DNA of 64,000 nucleotides from Cenococcum geophilum. Taxonomy: Eukaryota. The notes beneath the pieces are model-generated. The model did no database searches. It was given only the letters and a program-made list of their open reading frames with translations, and was not told where the DNA came from. The stretch spans positions 2,728,001 to 2,792,000 of the forward strand of contig CP158635.1 in the NCBI GenBank assembly GCA_050273025.1, given 5' to 3'. Shown here piece by piece: positions 1 through 14,500 of the stretch (the stretch's first letter is position 1; the number at the start of each line of letters is the position of its first letter). The translations under genes and the position numbers were made by a program.

Positions 1-2479
1 GGTACTCTTATAAGATCTATAACTCTTTCTATAAGAGGTTATAGAGGGGTATTTATAGTAGCGTCTTACCTTCTTTTAAGTCGATTGTATAGTCGTACTT
101 AGAGTTCTGCGGTAGCATACTTGCTAGTTTATTAGAGAAGATATTAATTTCCTCCTTATATACCTCTAGCAGGCCGGGGGCTACGGAGGTTAAAGCGACT
201 ATTACGTAGTAGTGTACTTCCGGGAGTTAATAGAGAGAAGGGTATAGCCAATATATATTTTATAAGTATACTTACACTAAGAGTATATACAGCTCTACTA
301 TAGTATACTTAATAATTTTAGGGTTTTAATTACCTCCCCCTTATATATAGGTAATCTACACTAGCACTAGAGGGTCTCTATAGGTACTCGCTGCTAGTAA
401 CGGCAGGTTCTCTACTATGTTTATAACTGGTGTCTTTACGTCCAGAGGGTTTATATGGGTACTCGCTGCTAGTAACAATAGGTCCTCTATTATGTTTACA
501 ACCGGCGTAAAAAAGGAGTCTTCTGGCTATAGTAAATAGACTATTTCACTAGCCTTAATGTCTACTAGGAGAGCGTTAAGGGTGACTATCTAAAGGCGTC
601 TAGGGTTTAAAGTACCCTAGATAAACTGTCTAGAATGGAAACTAATTAATAGATCTACTTCCGCGAGCTAATCCTATTTAAGAACTATATTATAACTATT
701 AAATAAGCCGCCCTAAAAGGTCTGCGGGCTAATAGTATAAGGGGTACCTTAGGAGTCGCTAGTGGTAACCGTTAGATTATAAGTATCCTAAATTATTACC
801 TAGTTGCTATTAAGGAAACGTGTAATAGGTTTATATATACATAACGCGGAGCGTATAGGTAGGTTAAACCTATAGACGACATCTTAATTAATAAGGTTAA
901 TTTGGCACCTATTATTATATAAAGTATATAGGCGGACTTCGCCCTAGGGCGTATCTATCGCAACGTATACTATAATACGTTTCTTCTCTCCCTCTATATT
1001 AGGCCCTAGTTACTATTAAGAGAGATACGCTATTAGGGCTTTAGGTTTTCCAAAGGCCGAGCTAATTTCTCTTTATTAGCCTGCTTTTAGTATTTCTTAT
1101 AGTAGCCGCCTACGGTCCTTTAACTTACGTGCATAGCACTAACGTCTAGGGAGTCCCCTAAGCCGTCCGGCTTTTAGGTAATCTCCCTAGAAATTTACTT
1201 AAAGCGTTGCCCCTTTTAGGTTTTATTCCCTAAACCTAACTTTACGGAGCCTATACTACGACCACGCTTTATACGCGATAATTTGCTACTACTACTTACG
1301 CAATCTTCTGCAAGCTTTACAGTATTAAGTAATTACTCTATACGGCGGATTTTATTAAAAAGGTCCTTAGTGGTTTTTATTTATTAGGCGAGGTTCTATT
1401 AAAAGAGCTCTGCTTATAGGTAGGCTAGGAGATATAAGAACTAAAAGTTTACCTATTATTTAGGATTAATAAAAGGGGTATATAAGAAGAGGTCCTCTAA
1501 GCTATATATATAGGCTAGGAAGACGTTAAACCTCTAGTTCTCCTTTATAATAGCCGTATAGTATATTATAGCGTTATTAAAGCATCTTACTATAGGGTCT
1601 CTAATCTAGTCTTAGACTATAGTCTTAAACTTATCCTATAGTAAAGGACCCTTATCCTTAATACCTAACTAGCAATAAACTAGTTAGGCAATTATCTTTT
1701 TTTTATAAGAGCTTTAATGGCCTAGCGCGTGCGTCGCTTATAGTTATAGTTAGCGTTATTAACCTTAAATTAGTTCTTAACTACAGCAATCTACCGGTTA
1801 AAATGCTATTAAGTAGTACCGCTAATATTGGGTAGTGACTTCTTAACTAGGGCGTTAAGATTTGTTTAGTATATGCGTTTGCTACGTAACTTATACTCTT
1901 TACTAAAGAGGCGATAGAAGGGCTTTATTAAATTAATAATACTCTATAAGTTGGCTATTTTCTTAGCCAGCTTATCTAGCTCCTTTATATTAGCGGTATT
2001 AGGTAGGACGCTAGTAACCTTACTAAGCTCCTATTAAGCCTAGGTATATAAGTTAAACTAGTCTTTAGCATTTATAGATATCTAATCATTTTAAGGTTTA
2101 GGAGGTGACTTAGATGCTACTAGTGTGCTTTTAGCGGTTTTATCTACACTAGATCCTAAGGCGTTCTGCGGTTATATCGCTAGCGTATTACTGTCGGGTA
2201 TAGGTATTAGTTTTCTTTTTAGAGGCATTATAGAAAAATTAAACTGGCTATCCTCCTAAGGGGATTGGTAAGAATTTGTATATAAGGTAAGAATATAGAT
2301 AGGGAGTCCAATGATAGAATAATAAGTATATTATATAGACAGAGACAAATCCTTAAGGGAAAAGGAGGAGTCTGTGTGCGAGGTAGGAAGAGTTTTCCCT
2401 AGGTATGTATAGCGCACGTACCTTACGGGCGAGTCACCCTTAGGTTGCCCTAGGGTCGCCCGTACCTTACGGCTATATA
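1..2479 (-). mobile_element. Ty3/Gypsy LTR retrotransposon, 5' part (5' LTR ~2277-2479, gag, protease, start of RT), RIP-degenerate, runs off the window
   Basis: Minus strand 1-110 reads YDYTIDLKEGKTPL*IPLYNLL, the typical pre-RT segment. A gag-like ATG lies near 2228. The LTR-like block shares CCTTAAGGATTTGTCTCT with the 3875 LTR on the same element strand. Only one LTR is visible. Confidence 0.75.
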
Positions 2480-4149
2480 ACTATCTACTTAGGTTTTACC
2501 TAATAGAAGCTTAATATAAGATACCTAAATCCCTTTTAAATTAAGGAATAAATTGGTAAGTTAGCCTACCGTCTTTAGCTACCCCTATTTATAGCTTATA
2601 TATATCTAGTGTTTTATATAAACCTACTAGAGCTATAGTATAGACTACCGCCGGAAAAGAACTTTCGTCTAGGCCTAATTAAACACCTTAAAGGTAGTAG
2701 GCGAGTAGTATAAGGTTAAAGCTATACTATACTATAAGTCCATTAAGAATAAGCTTTAATATAAAGGTAAATAGCTAGGCTAGCCTGCTAAGGACTTAAT
2801 ATAGGAACCAGAGGATTACCTTAATTATTATAAAGATATTCTAAAAGAATATTAGGACTAAGGTTTATAAATTATAAATTGCAGAAAGCGTTCTAATACT
2901 ATAGTATTATTATAACCTATAAAGAAAGCTCGCAAAAAGAGTAAATAGGTTAAATTAGATATGGAATAGATAGGCTCTAAAAACTATAAGGATTAGGGCT
3001 ACGGCCTAAAGCAGGATAGGTTCTTAGCCTTTTTACATATATAGCATAGAGTTAATAGGGCATTTTGCTAGAATTGCATTCCTATTTATTAATATATACT
3101 AGGAATATTGTTTTTAGGGTTTCTAAACCCTTTTTAAAAGTCTTTTAAGGCCTTTCTAAGCACTTTAATTAAGGTCCTTAATTACTACTATATATAAGAA
3201 CAAATCCCAAACGCCTAATCTAAAAAGCTACTATGCCTTACCCTTAGAAGCAGGATCAGTATCTATTGGGTCACTAAGTGATGGCTAATAAGAATAGGAT
3301 TTAGACCCCTTAGAAGGGGTATAAGTAGGTATAAAAATAGGGGTAGGATAATAAGGTGTAGCTAGAGCAGAGATTTGCAAACGCTTAATACTAATATTAG
3401 GTCTAAACTAATACCAATAAAGCTCTTACGATATAAGCTTATAGTTAATAAAGATACGCTTAAGCCTAGAATAAATAGAAATGTTAGCTAGCTGGTATAG
3501 TCTAGAACTACTAAGACCTTGCTATAATAACTGTTAGTTACCTATCCGCTAGGTACCTAAAGGGTAACCTACCTAATACCGCATTATATTATGCTTTTTT
3601 AAAACTTAATACGTATACGCGAACTCCTTTCTATAGTAGACAGCAACCTTCTTTATATTACCTCTATCCTACACCCTATCCTTAGTATACTAACCTTACC
3701 CTTATATTAGGCGTTACTAGCTAGCTTACTAGGAATTATAGGCGGTATAGATAGCTATAGTATAGTCTTAAAGTTAACTAAAATATTTAGTATTAGTGCT
3801 AAAATAAGACAAAGCCTAGGTAATGTAGTAGTTAAGGACATTAAAGGATTGTCGCCACTTAGGCCTAGGCTATTTGTAAGGGATATTATTATGGATACCT
3901 TAGGTTGCCCTTAGGACAACCCCCGGACGCCCCTTAGATGGTCACCAGTTACATGCCGGAGGCACGTACCCGTAGTATATAGTCTCTACGATCCTAGAGG
4001 CCTTACCTCCTTAAGGATTTGTCTCTCTTACTAATCTATCCTATTCCACAATCGTGTCCTTATAGCCCCCTGTCTATAAGATCCCCTCACATTTAAATCC
4101 TTCCTACTTTTTTTTGGAAGGGCAGTCGGCTTTAAAAACCAGATTATTT

Positions 4150-7100
4150 ATTTATATCTTTTATTTACAACTACTATCCTCCCTTAAAATCTCGCGACGA
4201 CCTAAATAGAAACTCCATAGATACCTTATAGAAAGCCGTCGCGTAAAGGCAGGAAGGTCCCTCTAATAGTAAGAGATTGCGATAATATAACCCTCTAGGC
4301 AAGACGGCCGAATAAGCCCTAATACCTAGATGCTCTAGGAGCTTAAAGACTTTCGCATACCTACGGTCACCGCTAAAGAAAACGTAGACACCCTCTATAA
4401 CGGTCGCAACGCTACCGGAAAGCAACCGGAACCCCTCCGGCCCTACCCAGGCCAATTAGAAGATTAAGCGCTAGAGGCAACCCTAAAATCTTCCCCTAAG
4501 CCAGAAATACTAGAGGAATACACTAATATATCTAACTAGGGACCCAACTGGAACCCTCCCGGAAGACTACCGGCCTATAATTGGTATAGTAGCGGTGCAT
4601 AGACTGCTTATAAGCTAAGCGGGCCTACCCCTTTAGGAAACTAAACCTAAACACTAACTTAAGACCTAAGGCTTATTGGGAAACCTATACTAGCCACTAG
4701 TACTAATACTACCTCTATAGTAGGAGCTTCCCTAGGCCTAAGTTTAGAAAGTCAAAAGCCCTATACCAATCTCCTTTAAGATGGATATTAGAAAGCTATC
4801 GCAAGACTCTTAGAAGCTATATAGGAGGAAGCTACTAATAAATATATTAAAACCCTCTAAGGGCAAATCTAGATCTATTAGGGTTTAATCTAAACTAGGT
4901 AAATTCTTTTATAACCTAGTTAAGGCTAAGGGCTTTCTAGGGGCTACCTAATATCTACCTAAGGAGGTATAGAAGACTTAGAGAGGCACCTATATAATAA
5001 ATGGAAAAAGGATATAGACTAACTGGCCAAGGCCTTCGGTAGTTTAGAACTTCGTTATAGACCTAACGCCCAATAGCTGGACGATTGGGTTCGCGAGGTA
5101 GACAACTTCTTTAAGATACTAATAATACGAGATAATACCAAAGAGCGTATACGCTAGATTATTAGTAAGATTAAAGACTAATTGCTAAACTAGATCGCGC
5201 TTAATTAACTTAATAAAGAGTAAATTATAATATGGCTATAGCTATAGACCTTCCTAAAGGGTTAGACCTAAGATCCGTATATTATACAATACGACAATAT
5301 AGAACAATTCTAAAATAGTACGTAGCTGGACCGTTAAAACTTCCACTAGTTTATAAACTTTATAGAAACTCATGCTTAATAGATAAATTTAGAGCCCTTT
5401 AAAAATAAGGACGGCAGCATCCGTAAGAAGGAGAAGATTGGATTTATCTAGGCTAAAATTAAGCTAGCAATTTGTAACGAAATAAAGCGCGTAGGAGCCC
5501 TACCGTAGATTACCGTATATACGGATTTTAAACGAGCGGTTCTAAACGCTAAAAATGCGGTAAGAAACCAGACCTCTTCTGGTAGGAAACTGGGGGGTCA
5601 CTAAAAGCGCGGGCACTCTAGTAGTAATATAGGGCAGACCCAACCTTTAAAGAAGCCGTTCTTAAAGAGAACTTTAAAAGGGTTAAAGTTAGGAACCTTA
5701 AATAACGGGAAAGACTCCTAGGGTTAACCTAATACCTATCTAGCACCTTTATAGGAACACTTTAAGAAGTTAAGAGAAAACTCTAGAGGTAGATTCTATT
5801 AGAAAAATAAGTAGGGCAATAACCGCACTAACAATCTAAAAAAAGAAAAGCCCTAGTCGCGGACCTCTTTTGGCTATAACTAGGGCAAGATACAGAAGGA
5901 GAGACTCTCTGTATTGCTATTAAGCTAGAAATAACACTTCCTATAGGTAAGGTATAATAGTTCTAAGCACTATACGACAGCGGCGCCGAAATCAATCTTA
6001 TATAATATAATTTAGTAAAAGAGTATAAACTTATCTTATTGCAAAGGTGGCGGAAACCTATTGCAGGCTTCCTAGATAAGTATTGGATTAAGCTATATAG
6101 TGCCTATAAGCTTATAGTGTTAGTAGCCAATATGCATAACCGCACTAAGGTAGTCGGCCCGCAACCCTTCTAGGCGGCTAACTTTGTAGGTTACAACCTT
6201 ATCCTTAAATACCCTTAGCTTACGGAAGTAGATCCTAAAATACGCTTTAAAACTAGAGCCTTTAAATAGTAGAACGATAAAGATTTAGAAGGGCGTATAT
6301 TACTAATAAGCCTAAAGAACATTCTAGAGAATATAGCCCTAGGTAAAACAGTATACGCTCTATACCTAAAGGAGTATTAAATCCAACCCCTATTTAATAG
6401 TAAGATGGGTATAAAGCCTAGTATAGGTAATAACCCCTTTATAACGGAGACCCTATAGGGAACTACTAGATAGGTCGCGGAGATATTATAGGGAGGCGGC
6501 GATCTTAAGGATCTTATAAGATACTTTAACCGCTATAGGTTACTCTGGCTTAAGTAATATACAGAGAGTATACTACGGCACCTTAAACGCTGCGTTAAGG
6601 AGTTCCCTACTCTCTACTAGCTACTATATAAAACGGTTTAACGTACGGTAGCAACCATATACGAGCAACTACTATAGCGCATAACACTGCCCGTAAGTAT
6701 CCTAAGGGAGCTTTAAGACCTACCCGATAATAATATGGAGGATAAACGCAACCCTAATTTGTTAAATATTTTAGTAGGCCTAAGGGACTTACTAAGGGTA
6801 TTTTTAGGTAAGAGAGCTAAAGTCCTACCGTAGAACTCGGAGTACGATTATATAATTAATTTAGAAGAAGGTAAGTAACCGCTAAACCTTTCTATCTATA
6901 ACCTCTCGCGTAAAGAGCTTAAAATCCTATAAGAGTACCTTAATAGCTTACTAGAAAAGGGATAGATCCGGCCTAGTAAGTTGCTATTAGGCGCGCTAAT
7001 CCTCTTCGTCCCAAAACTAGATAAAACCATAAGGCTATATATAGACTATTACGGTCTTAATAAGATTATAATTAAGAACCGTTACCTACTACTACTAGTT

Positions 7101-10100
7101 AGTGAAATGCTGGATTAACTATCTAGGGCGAAGATCTTTACGAAGTTAGATTTATAAAACGCCTATTATAGGCTCCATATTAAAGAAGGGGATAAGTAAA
7201 AGACTGCTTTTAAGACCTAATACGGCTACTTTAAGTATCTAGTAATGCCTTTCGGGCTAGCCAATGCGCCTATAATATTCCAATTATATATTTATAGAGC
7301 CTTAGGGGGACTAGTTGACCATATATACGTTATCTATTTAGATAACATCTTAATCTACTTAAAAGACGAGGATTAATATAAGTAACACGTCCGCGAAGTA
7401 CTAAAACGTTTAAATAATTAGGGCCTCTACGCTAAGGCGTTAAAGTATATCTTTAATACTAAGCAGGTTAAGTTCCTAGGTTATATTGTAATGCCTATAG
7501 GTATAGTTATAGACCTAGTACGGGTGCAGATAATCTAGGAGTGGCCGGAGCTAGAGAGCTACTAGGATATTTAAGTGTTCCTAGGCTTTACCAATTTCTA
7601 TAGGCGCTTTATCTATAACTATTTAGACGTCGCCCGATACCTATTTAACTATATTATAAAAGCTTCCTAAAACCTAACCCAAGGAGCAAAAAGCTTAAAG
7701 GCAGTAAAGAAGAAAACTAAAAAGGGACCAACTAAATAGTATAAGCTATAATTATAGCCCAGAAAGGTTTAGGAGGCCTTCCAGAAACTTCACGCAAAGT
7801 TTACAAAAGCTCTATTACTGCGGCATTTCGACCTAGATTAGCCATTAATAATAATTACTAATATATCGAATTTTGCCCTCGCCGGTATCCTACTATAACC
7901 CAATAGGCATTCGGACGCTACCCAGCTCCATTAAAGACTAGTAGCATTTTATAGTAGAAAATTCTAGGGACCTAAAGTTAGGTATTATACCTATAATAAG
8001 GAACTGCTAGCTATAGTTAACTGCTTTAAACAGTGGCGATACTACCTTAAGCACGCAAGCTATACCACTCGTATACTTTTAGATTACCATAATCTACGCT
8101 ACTTTATAATTATAAAAAAGCTTATACCTTAATAAGCTAGATAGGCAGAGGAGCTCGCGTAATTTAATTTTAAGATTAAATATAAGCTAAGGAAAAACAA
8201 CCCTACTAATAGACCGTCACGACGGCTAGATTATACCAAAGGCTTTAAAATAGGAGAAGAAAAATAAATAATAGATATCTTACTCCCTATATTATAGAAC
8301 AAGCTCCAGGTATAGAATGCTCAAGCACCTATAACTCTATATATTAAGTCTTAGGCGGTGCAAGCCCTATTAGTTTCTACTAATGTTCCGGCTAATACCC
8401 GGTCCGTTACTAATAAGGGTCTAAATATACCTAGACAGGATATCCCTAATATATTCTCAGAACCTAGTATTACACCATCTCTAATTACTAAGCTATTCCC
8501 TTAAATAAATAGTAAAGCCATAGAGCAATTGGAACTCGGAGCCCTATAACAACCAAAGGACTTTAACCTTATAGCGGCCTTCCTAACGCACGCGTATTGA
8601 AGAGTTGTAAGATCTATAGTACCATCTAGTTTTATACTTAGAGCAGTACGGGACAAAATAGCTTTTACCTAGGAACCATCTAAAAGTTTAACAGATTTTA
8701 TCCGTAAGGTATAATAGAGGGACGCTTTCTATACTATCCTTAATACAAAAGTAGACCGGAAATGTAATAGAAAGGAAGCTGCTAGGCGCCACTATTAGGA
8801 ACTAAACCCAATAGGCCTACTACGTAGAGGTAGTAAGGTTTAGGTACTATAAAAAGCAAATCTATAATAGAAGATTCTTATAAAGAATTATAATAATCCC
8901 CTAGGCGGCCACTATAGTTAAGTAAAGATAGTGAAATTACTTTAGCGCAAATACTATTAGCTAAGGCTTAATTAGGAAGTAAAGGAGTATATTAGCTATT
9001 ATAAGAAGTGTTAAGTATATAAGATCCGCAGGTATAAGCTATAGGGTCTACTTAAATCAGTTCCCCCCGCTAGTAAGCTATAGCGATATTACGCCATAGA
9101 CTTTATTACGGATCTCCCGCTATCTAAAGATAGCCAAGGATGAACATATGATTTAGTCCTTATACTTATTAATAGGTTTTTAAAGTACGTCTAATACCTT
9201 CCTGTTAACAAGACGATTAATATATAAGAGCTTACTAACCTAATCAAGGAGAAATGCTTTCTTAAAGTAGATTAGCCACACTCTATTATTACTAATAGGG
9301 GCAGCGTCTTTATAAGCCAATACTAGTCAGACTTATACTTCTATTTAAAGATAGACCACCAGTATAGTACGGCTTTCTACCTATAGACGGATGGGTAAAC
9401 GGAACGCCAGAACTAGGAACTGGAGTCTTACCTATAGATATATTTAAACTACTAGTAAGATAACTAGTGCGAGCTACTTCTATACGCGGAGTACGCTTAT
9501 AATTTAAAGCAATATGTATTATATAAGTATGCACTAATCCAGATTGCCTATAGCGTTTAACTATTTGGGTTTAACGGTATACCCAATAATCACTAGCTAA
9601 GGCCGTATAATTAGTTATAGGATCCTACTAGGAAGTTAAAGGACATTTACCGGAGAGTATAAGGATACCTCTAGGAATAGGAGGAGTAATAAAAGTATGC
9701 AAAGTAGAGCCTATAAGATGCCTAAAAACAGTAAAGACTTTAGTATAACCGCAAGCACCAGAACAAGCATTTCAGAGTAGGCGATAAGGTTCTATTATAT
9801 TTAACAAATATTAAGACCCGTTAACTATTAAAGAAACTTAATATAAGATACCTAGGTCCCTTCTAAGTTAAGGAACAAATTAGTAAGCTAGCCTATTATC
9901 TCCAGCTACCCCTATCTATAGCCTATATGCATCTAGTGTTTCATATAAACCTACTAGAGCCATAGCATAGACTACTACTAGAAAAGAACTTCCGTCTAGG
10001 CCCAATTAAACACCCTAAAGTAGTAGGCGAGCGGTACGAGGTTAAAGCTATACTATACTATAAGTCTGTTAAAAACAAGCTTTAATTTAAAGTTAAATAG

Positions 10101-10290
10101 CTAGGCTAGCCCGCTAAGGACTTTATATAGGAACCAGAGGATCACCTTAATTATTACAAAGATATTTTAAAAGAATATTGGGACCAAGGTCCACAATCTA
10201 CAAGTTATAAAAAGCGCTCTAATACTATGGTGTCATCGCGACCTATAAAGAAAGCTCGTAAAAAGAGTAAACAGGTCAAATCGAATATAA
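4150..10290 (+). pseudogene. gag-pol of the inner Gypsy (PR-RT-RNaseH-IN-chromodomain), RIP-inactivated
   Basis: Protease DSGAEIN ~5976; RT ILFVPK ~7000 and YLDNILIY ~7335; RNase[10 protein letters not shown] ~7995; integrase DFITDLP ~9100 and TDG*TERQN ~9390; chromodomain YEVKAIL..FKVK*LG*P..EPEDHL ~10035-10150. Ends approximate. Confidence 0.9.
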
Positions 10291-10329
10291 AACGGATAGG
10301 CTCTAGAAACTATAGGGATAGGGCTACAG

Positions 10330-11560
10330 CCCAAGGCAGGACAGGTCTTTAGCCTTTTTACGTACATAGCATAGAGTTAATAGGGTATTTTACTAGAATT
10401 GCATTCCCATTCATTAATCTATACTAGGAACATTATTTTTAGGGCTTCTAAGCCCTTTCCAAAAGCCTTATAAGGCCTTCCCGAGCACCTAATCAAGGTC
10501 CTTAATTGCTACTATATATAAGAACGAATCCCAAAAGTCTAAACTATAAATGCCCAATCTAAAAAGCCACTACGCCTTATTATCATCAGGAGTAGAATCA
10601 GTGTCCATCGGGCCACTAAGTAATAGCTAATAAGAATAGGATCTAGATGCCTTAGTAGGCGTACAAGTAGGTATAAAAATAGGGGTAGGATAATAAGGTA
10701 TAGCTAGAGTAGAGACTCTTAAACGCTTAACACCAATATTAGGTCCAAACCAATACTAACAAAGCTCTTACGGCGTAAGCTTATAGTTAATAAAAACACG
10801 CTTAAGCCCAGAATAAATAGAGACGTTAGCTGGCTGGTATAATCCAGAACCACCAAGACCTTGCTACGGCAACTATTAGTCACTTATCCGGTAGGTATCC
10901 GAAGGGTAACCTACCTAATAACGTATTATATTATGCTTTTTCGAAACTTAACACGTATGCGCGAACTCCTTCCTATAGTAGACAGCAACCTTCTTCTTAT
11001 TACCCCCATCCCTCACCCTATCCTTAGTATACCAACCTTACTCTTGCATTAGGCGTTACTAGCTAGCTTACTAAGAATTATAGGCAGTATAGATGGCTAT
11101 AGCATAGTCTTAAATTCGGCCAAGTTATTTAGCATTTACGCTAGAATAAGAGAGAGCCCGGGCAATATAGTAGTTAAGGATATTAAAGGAACGTCGCCAC
11201 TTAGGCCCAGGCTATTAAAGCTTAAAGTTAGTAATAGAAATCTATTAAGAATAGAAAAGCTCACCTTAACGCAACTGCCGCTCTTAGTACGTATGCATTA
11301 ATTATAAGGACTAAAGGTATTAGATCTAACGCAGTATATCTTATTACAAGCCTCCAGAATCCTATCATTAGATTTTTAGTATTTTAAAAATATATAGGCA
11401 AAATTATTTAAGTAGGACCAGCACCAGTTGCAAGTTAGCGGAGGTTAGGGTTCTATATATAAAGGTAGGGCTAGGATACGCTATAGAATCTACTTAAAAA
11501 AAGTAGTTAGCAGGAGAACAAAGAGGCATATTAAATTATTAATGGAAAAGAAGAAAATCT
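10330..11560 (-). pseudogene. Antisense Cys-rich accessory ORF with a predicted intron in the Gypsy 3' region
   Basis: Minus strand reads PLTCNWCWSY...ACNKIYCVRSNTFSPYN*CIRTKSGSCVK, then GTGAGC (11264) ... CTAAC ... TAG (11212), then PGPKWRRSF. Also present in the outer copy. Ends approximate. Confidence 0.55.
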
Positions 11561-14500
11561 TAATAATATATCGAAGATACGTCCAAAATTGGACGAAGGT
11601 TAATAATAGGAAAGTAAGGTATTAAGAAAAAGGAGCAGCTCGATAAGCAAAGGCGTCCTTATACTTTACCGTCTAATACCCTTCTAGTAAATAGCCGCAA
11701 CCTTACCAATATAACTCCGTTACAATAGCGCTATTTAAAAGGAAGGAAACACGCGTATAAGTTATTTAACTATTACTTCCTTATAAAAACTAACTACGCG
11801 GCTGGGGGAAGGCAATTAAGACGTTAAATTAAAGACGTATATAGGTTAAATTAGACCTAAAACAATACTACAGTATTAAAGAATAACGTTATAGACGTTT
11901 TTAACAATCGCATAATAGCTACAATTGCTATCGCGAAATGTCCCTATTTGCTAGGTAGTAGAGCTACGCCAAATATACAGTATAGGACCACTATATTTAA
12001 AAGCATATACACCAAATCTTAAGAGATAAGTCTCTTTAACTAACTAATTAATACCTTAACTATATCTAATAGCCTAAAGGCAAATATGGGAGCAATGCGT
12101 CAGTGACGCAGAGGATTATAAGAAAAGGATTATAAGAAAGAATTATAAACCACATCTTAGTAGTTAAAGATGACGGCAAGCCAAGGCTCTATATATTAAA
12201 TCCTATACTAAAAGGTTCTACGGAACTATACTAGAACACTAAATTGCCTATAATACTTATAATTAATTATAGACCGGCATAAAGGCTTAAAAGCAGAGTT
12301 ATATAAAAATCCCTATATTAGCCTAGGTAGTCACCGGCATACTTCTAGTAGGCTTCTAATAGGTCTCCTAGCAATCCTTACGTCTTTTCTCTAGTTATGT
12401 TTTTTCCTTATTAAGGTTTTTCAGGAGTTTAAAGTAGGGGTTAGATAGATAGATAATATACAGCGGCATACCAACACCTCTCTAATATTTCTCCGAACCT
12501 CTTCCGGGACGAGCCCTTATAATCTCCCTACTATAAGGTAATGGCGATTAGGGGCCAACCGTAAGAAGGGGGGGGGCAATATAAGGGATATTATTGCGGA
12601 TACCTTAGGTTGCCCTTAGGACAACCCCTGGATGCCCCTTAGATAGTCGCCGGTTACGTACTAGAGGCACGTACCCGTAGTATATAGTCTCTACAATCCC
12701 AGAGGCCTTACCTTCTTAAGGATTCGTCTCTCTTACCAATCTATCCTATTCCACAATCGTGTCCTTATAGCCCCCTGTCTATAAGATCCCCTCACACTAT
12801 TAAAGCTTAAAGTTAGTAATGGAAATCTATTAAGGATAGAAAAGCTTACCTTAACGCAACTACCACTCTTAGTATATATATATCGATTATAAGGACTAAA
12901 GGTATTAGATTTAACGCAGTGCGTCTTATTATAAGCCTTTAGAATCCTATTATTAGATTTCTGGTCTTTTAAAGACGTATAGGTAAAATTATTTAGGTAA
13001 GACTAGTACTAGTTATAGGTTAGTGGGGGTTAGGGTTTTATATATAAAGGTAGGGCTAGAATACGCTATAGAATTTACTTAAAAGAGTAATTAGTAGGAG
13101 AATAAAGAGGCATATTAAACTGATAATAAAAAATAAAAAATTTAATAATATATTAAAGGTACGTCTAAATTGGATAAAGGTTAATAATGGGAAGTAAGGT
13201 ATTAAGGAAAAGGATTAAGCTTAATAAGTAAAGTGTCTTTATACTTTACCATCTAATACCCTTTTAGTAAATAGTTATAACCTTACTAATATAACTCTAT
13301 TATAATAGCGCTATCTAGCTATTACTTTCTTATAAAAACTAAGTACACGGCTGGGGGAAGGTAATTAAGACGTTAATTAAAGACGTATATAGGTTTAATT
13401 ATACCTAAAAAAATACTATAGTATTAAAGATTAACGTTATAGACGTTTTTAACAATTGTATAATAGCTACAATTGCTATCGCGAAATGTCCCTATTTGCT
13501 AGGTAGTAAAGCTACGCCAAATATATAGTATAGGACCACCAGATTTAAAAATATATATACTAAATCTTAAGAGATAGGTCTCTTTAAATAACTAATTAAT
13601 ACCTTAACCGTATCTAATAGCCTAAGGGCAAATGTAAAAGCAATATATTAGTAACGTAGAGGATTATAAGAAAAGAATTATAAGAAAGGATTATAGACTA
13701 TATTTTAGCAGTTAAAGATAACGGCAAGCTAAGGCTCTATACGTTAAACCCTATACTAAAAGGTTCTGCGGAACTATATTAGAACACTAAATTGCCTATA
13801 ATACTTATAATTAATTACAAACTAGTATAAAGGCTTGGAAGTAGAGTTGTATAAAAATCCCTATATTAGCCTAGGTAGTTACTAGTATACTTTTAATAGA
13901 CTTCTAATAGGTCTCCTAGTAATCCTTATATTTTTTCTCTAGTTATATTTTTTCCTTATTAAAGCTTTTTTAGGAGTTTAAAGCAGGGGTTAAATAGATA
14001 GATAGATAATATATAGCGGCATACCGATACCTCTTTAATATCTTTCCGAACCCCTTCCGGAACGAGCCCTTATAATCTTCTAACCGCAAGGTAATAGCGA
14101 TTAGGGGCCGACCGTAAGAAGGGGGGGAGGGGGGGGGCAATATAAGGGATATTATTGCGGACACCTTAGGTTGCCCTTAGGACAATCCCTAGACGCCCCT
14201 CAGATGGTCGCCGGTTATATACTAGAGGCATATACCCATAGTATATAGTCTCCACGATCCTAAAGGCCTTACCTTCTTAAGGATTTATCTCTCTTACTAA
14301 TCTATTCTATTCTATAATCGTGCCTTATAGCCTTTTATTATAAAGCCCCCTTATAATAAGGCGCTATTAGGGGCTTCTAGTTCTAGTTTATAACTTTATA
14401 TAAACGCCTCCAAACCCTATACTATTAGGGCTATTTAAAAGCTAAGTTACCTATTTACCTTATCTTAACCTTAGGCTAGGCTTGTCAGTTATTAAGGCAA

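Larger units (their letters stand above)
3875..12796 (+). mobile_element. Full-length chromodomain Ty3/Gypsy element (inner copy, 8.9 kb)
   Basis: 217-bp LTRs at 3875-4091 and 12580-12796. 5-bp TSD CTATT at 3870-3874 and 12797-12801. PPT AAGAAGGGGGGGGG before the 3' LTR. Confidence 0.95.
2504..14355 (+). mobile_element. 3' half of a chromodomain Gypsy (outer copy; 2504-3874 plus 12802-14355), 3' LTR 14141-~14355
   Basis: 2504-3874 aligns by eye with ~9835-11216 and 12802-14355 with 11217-12796. A G-rich polypurine tract (PPT) precedes the LTR. The 5' part is missing. Confidence 0.9.
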
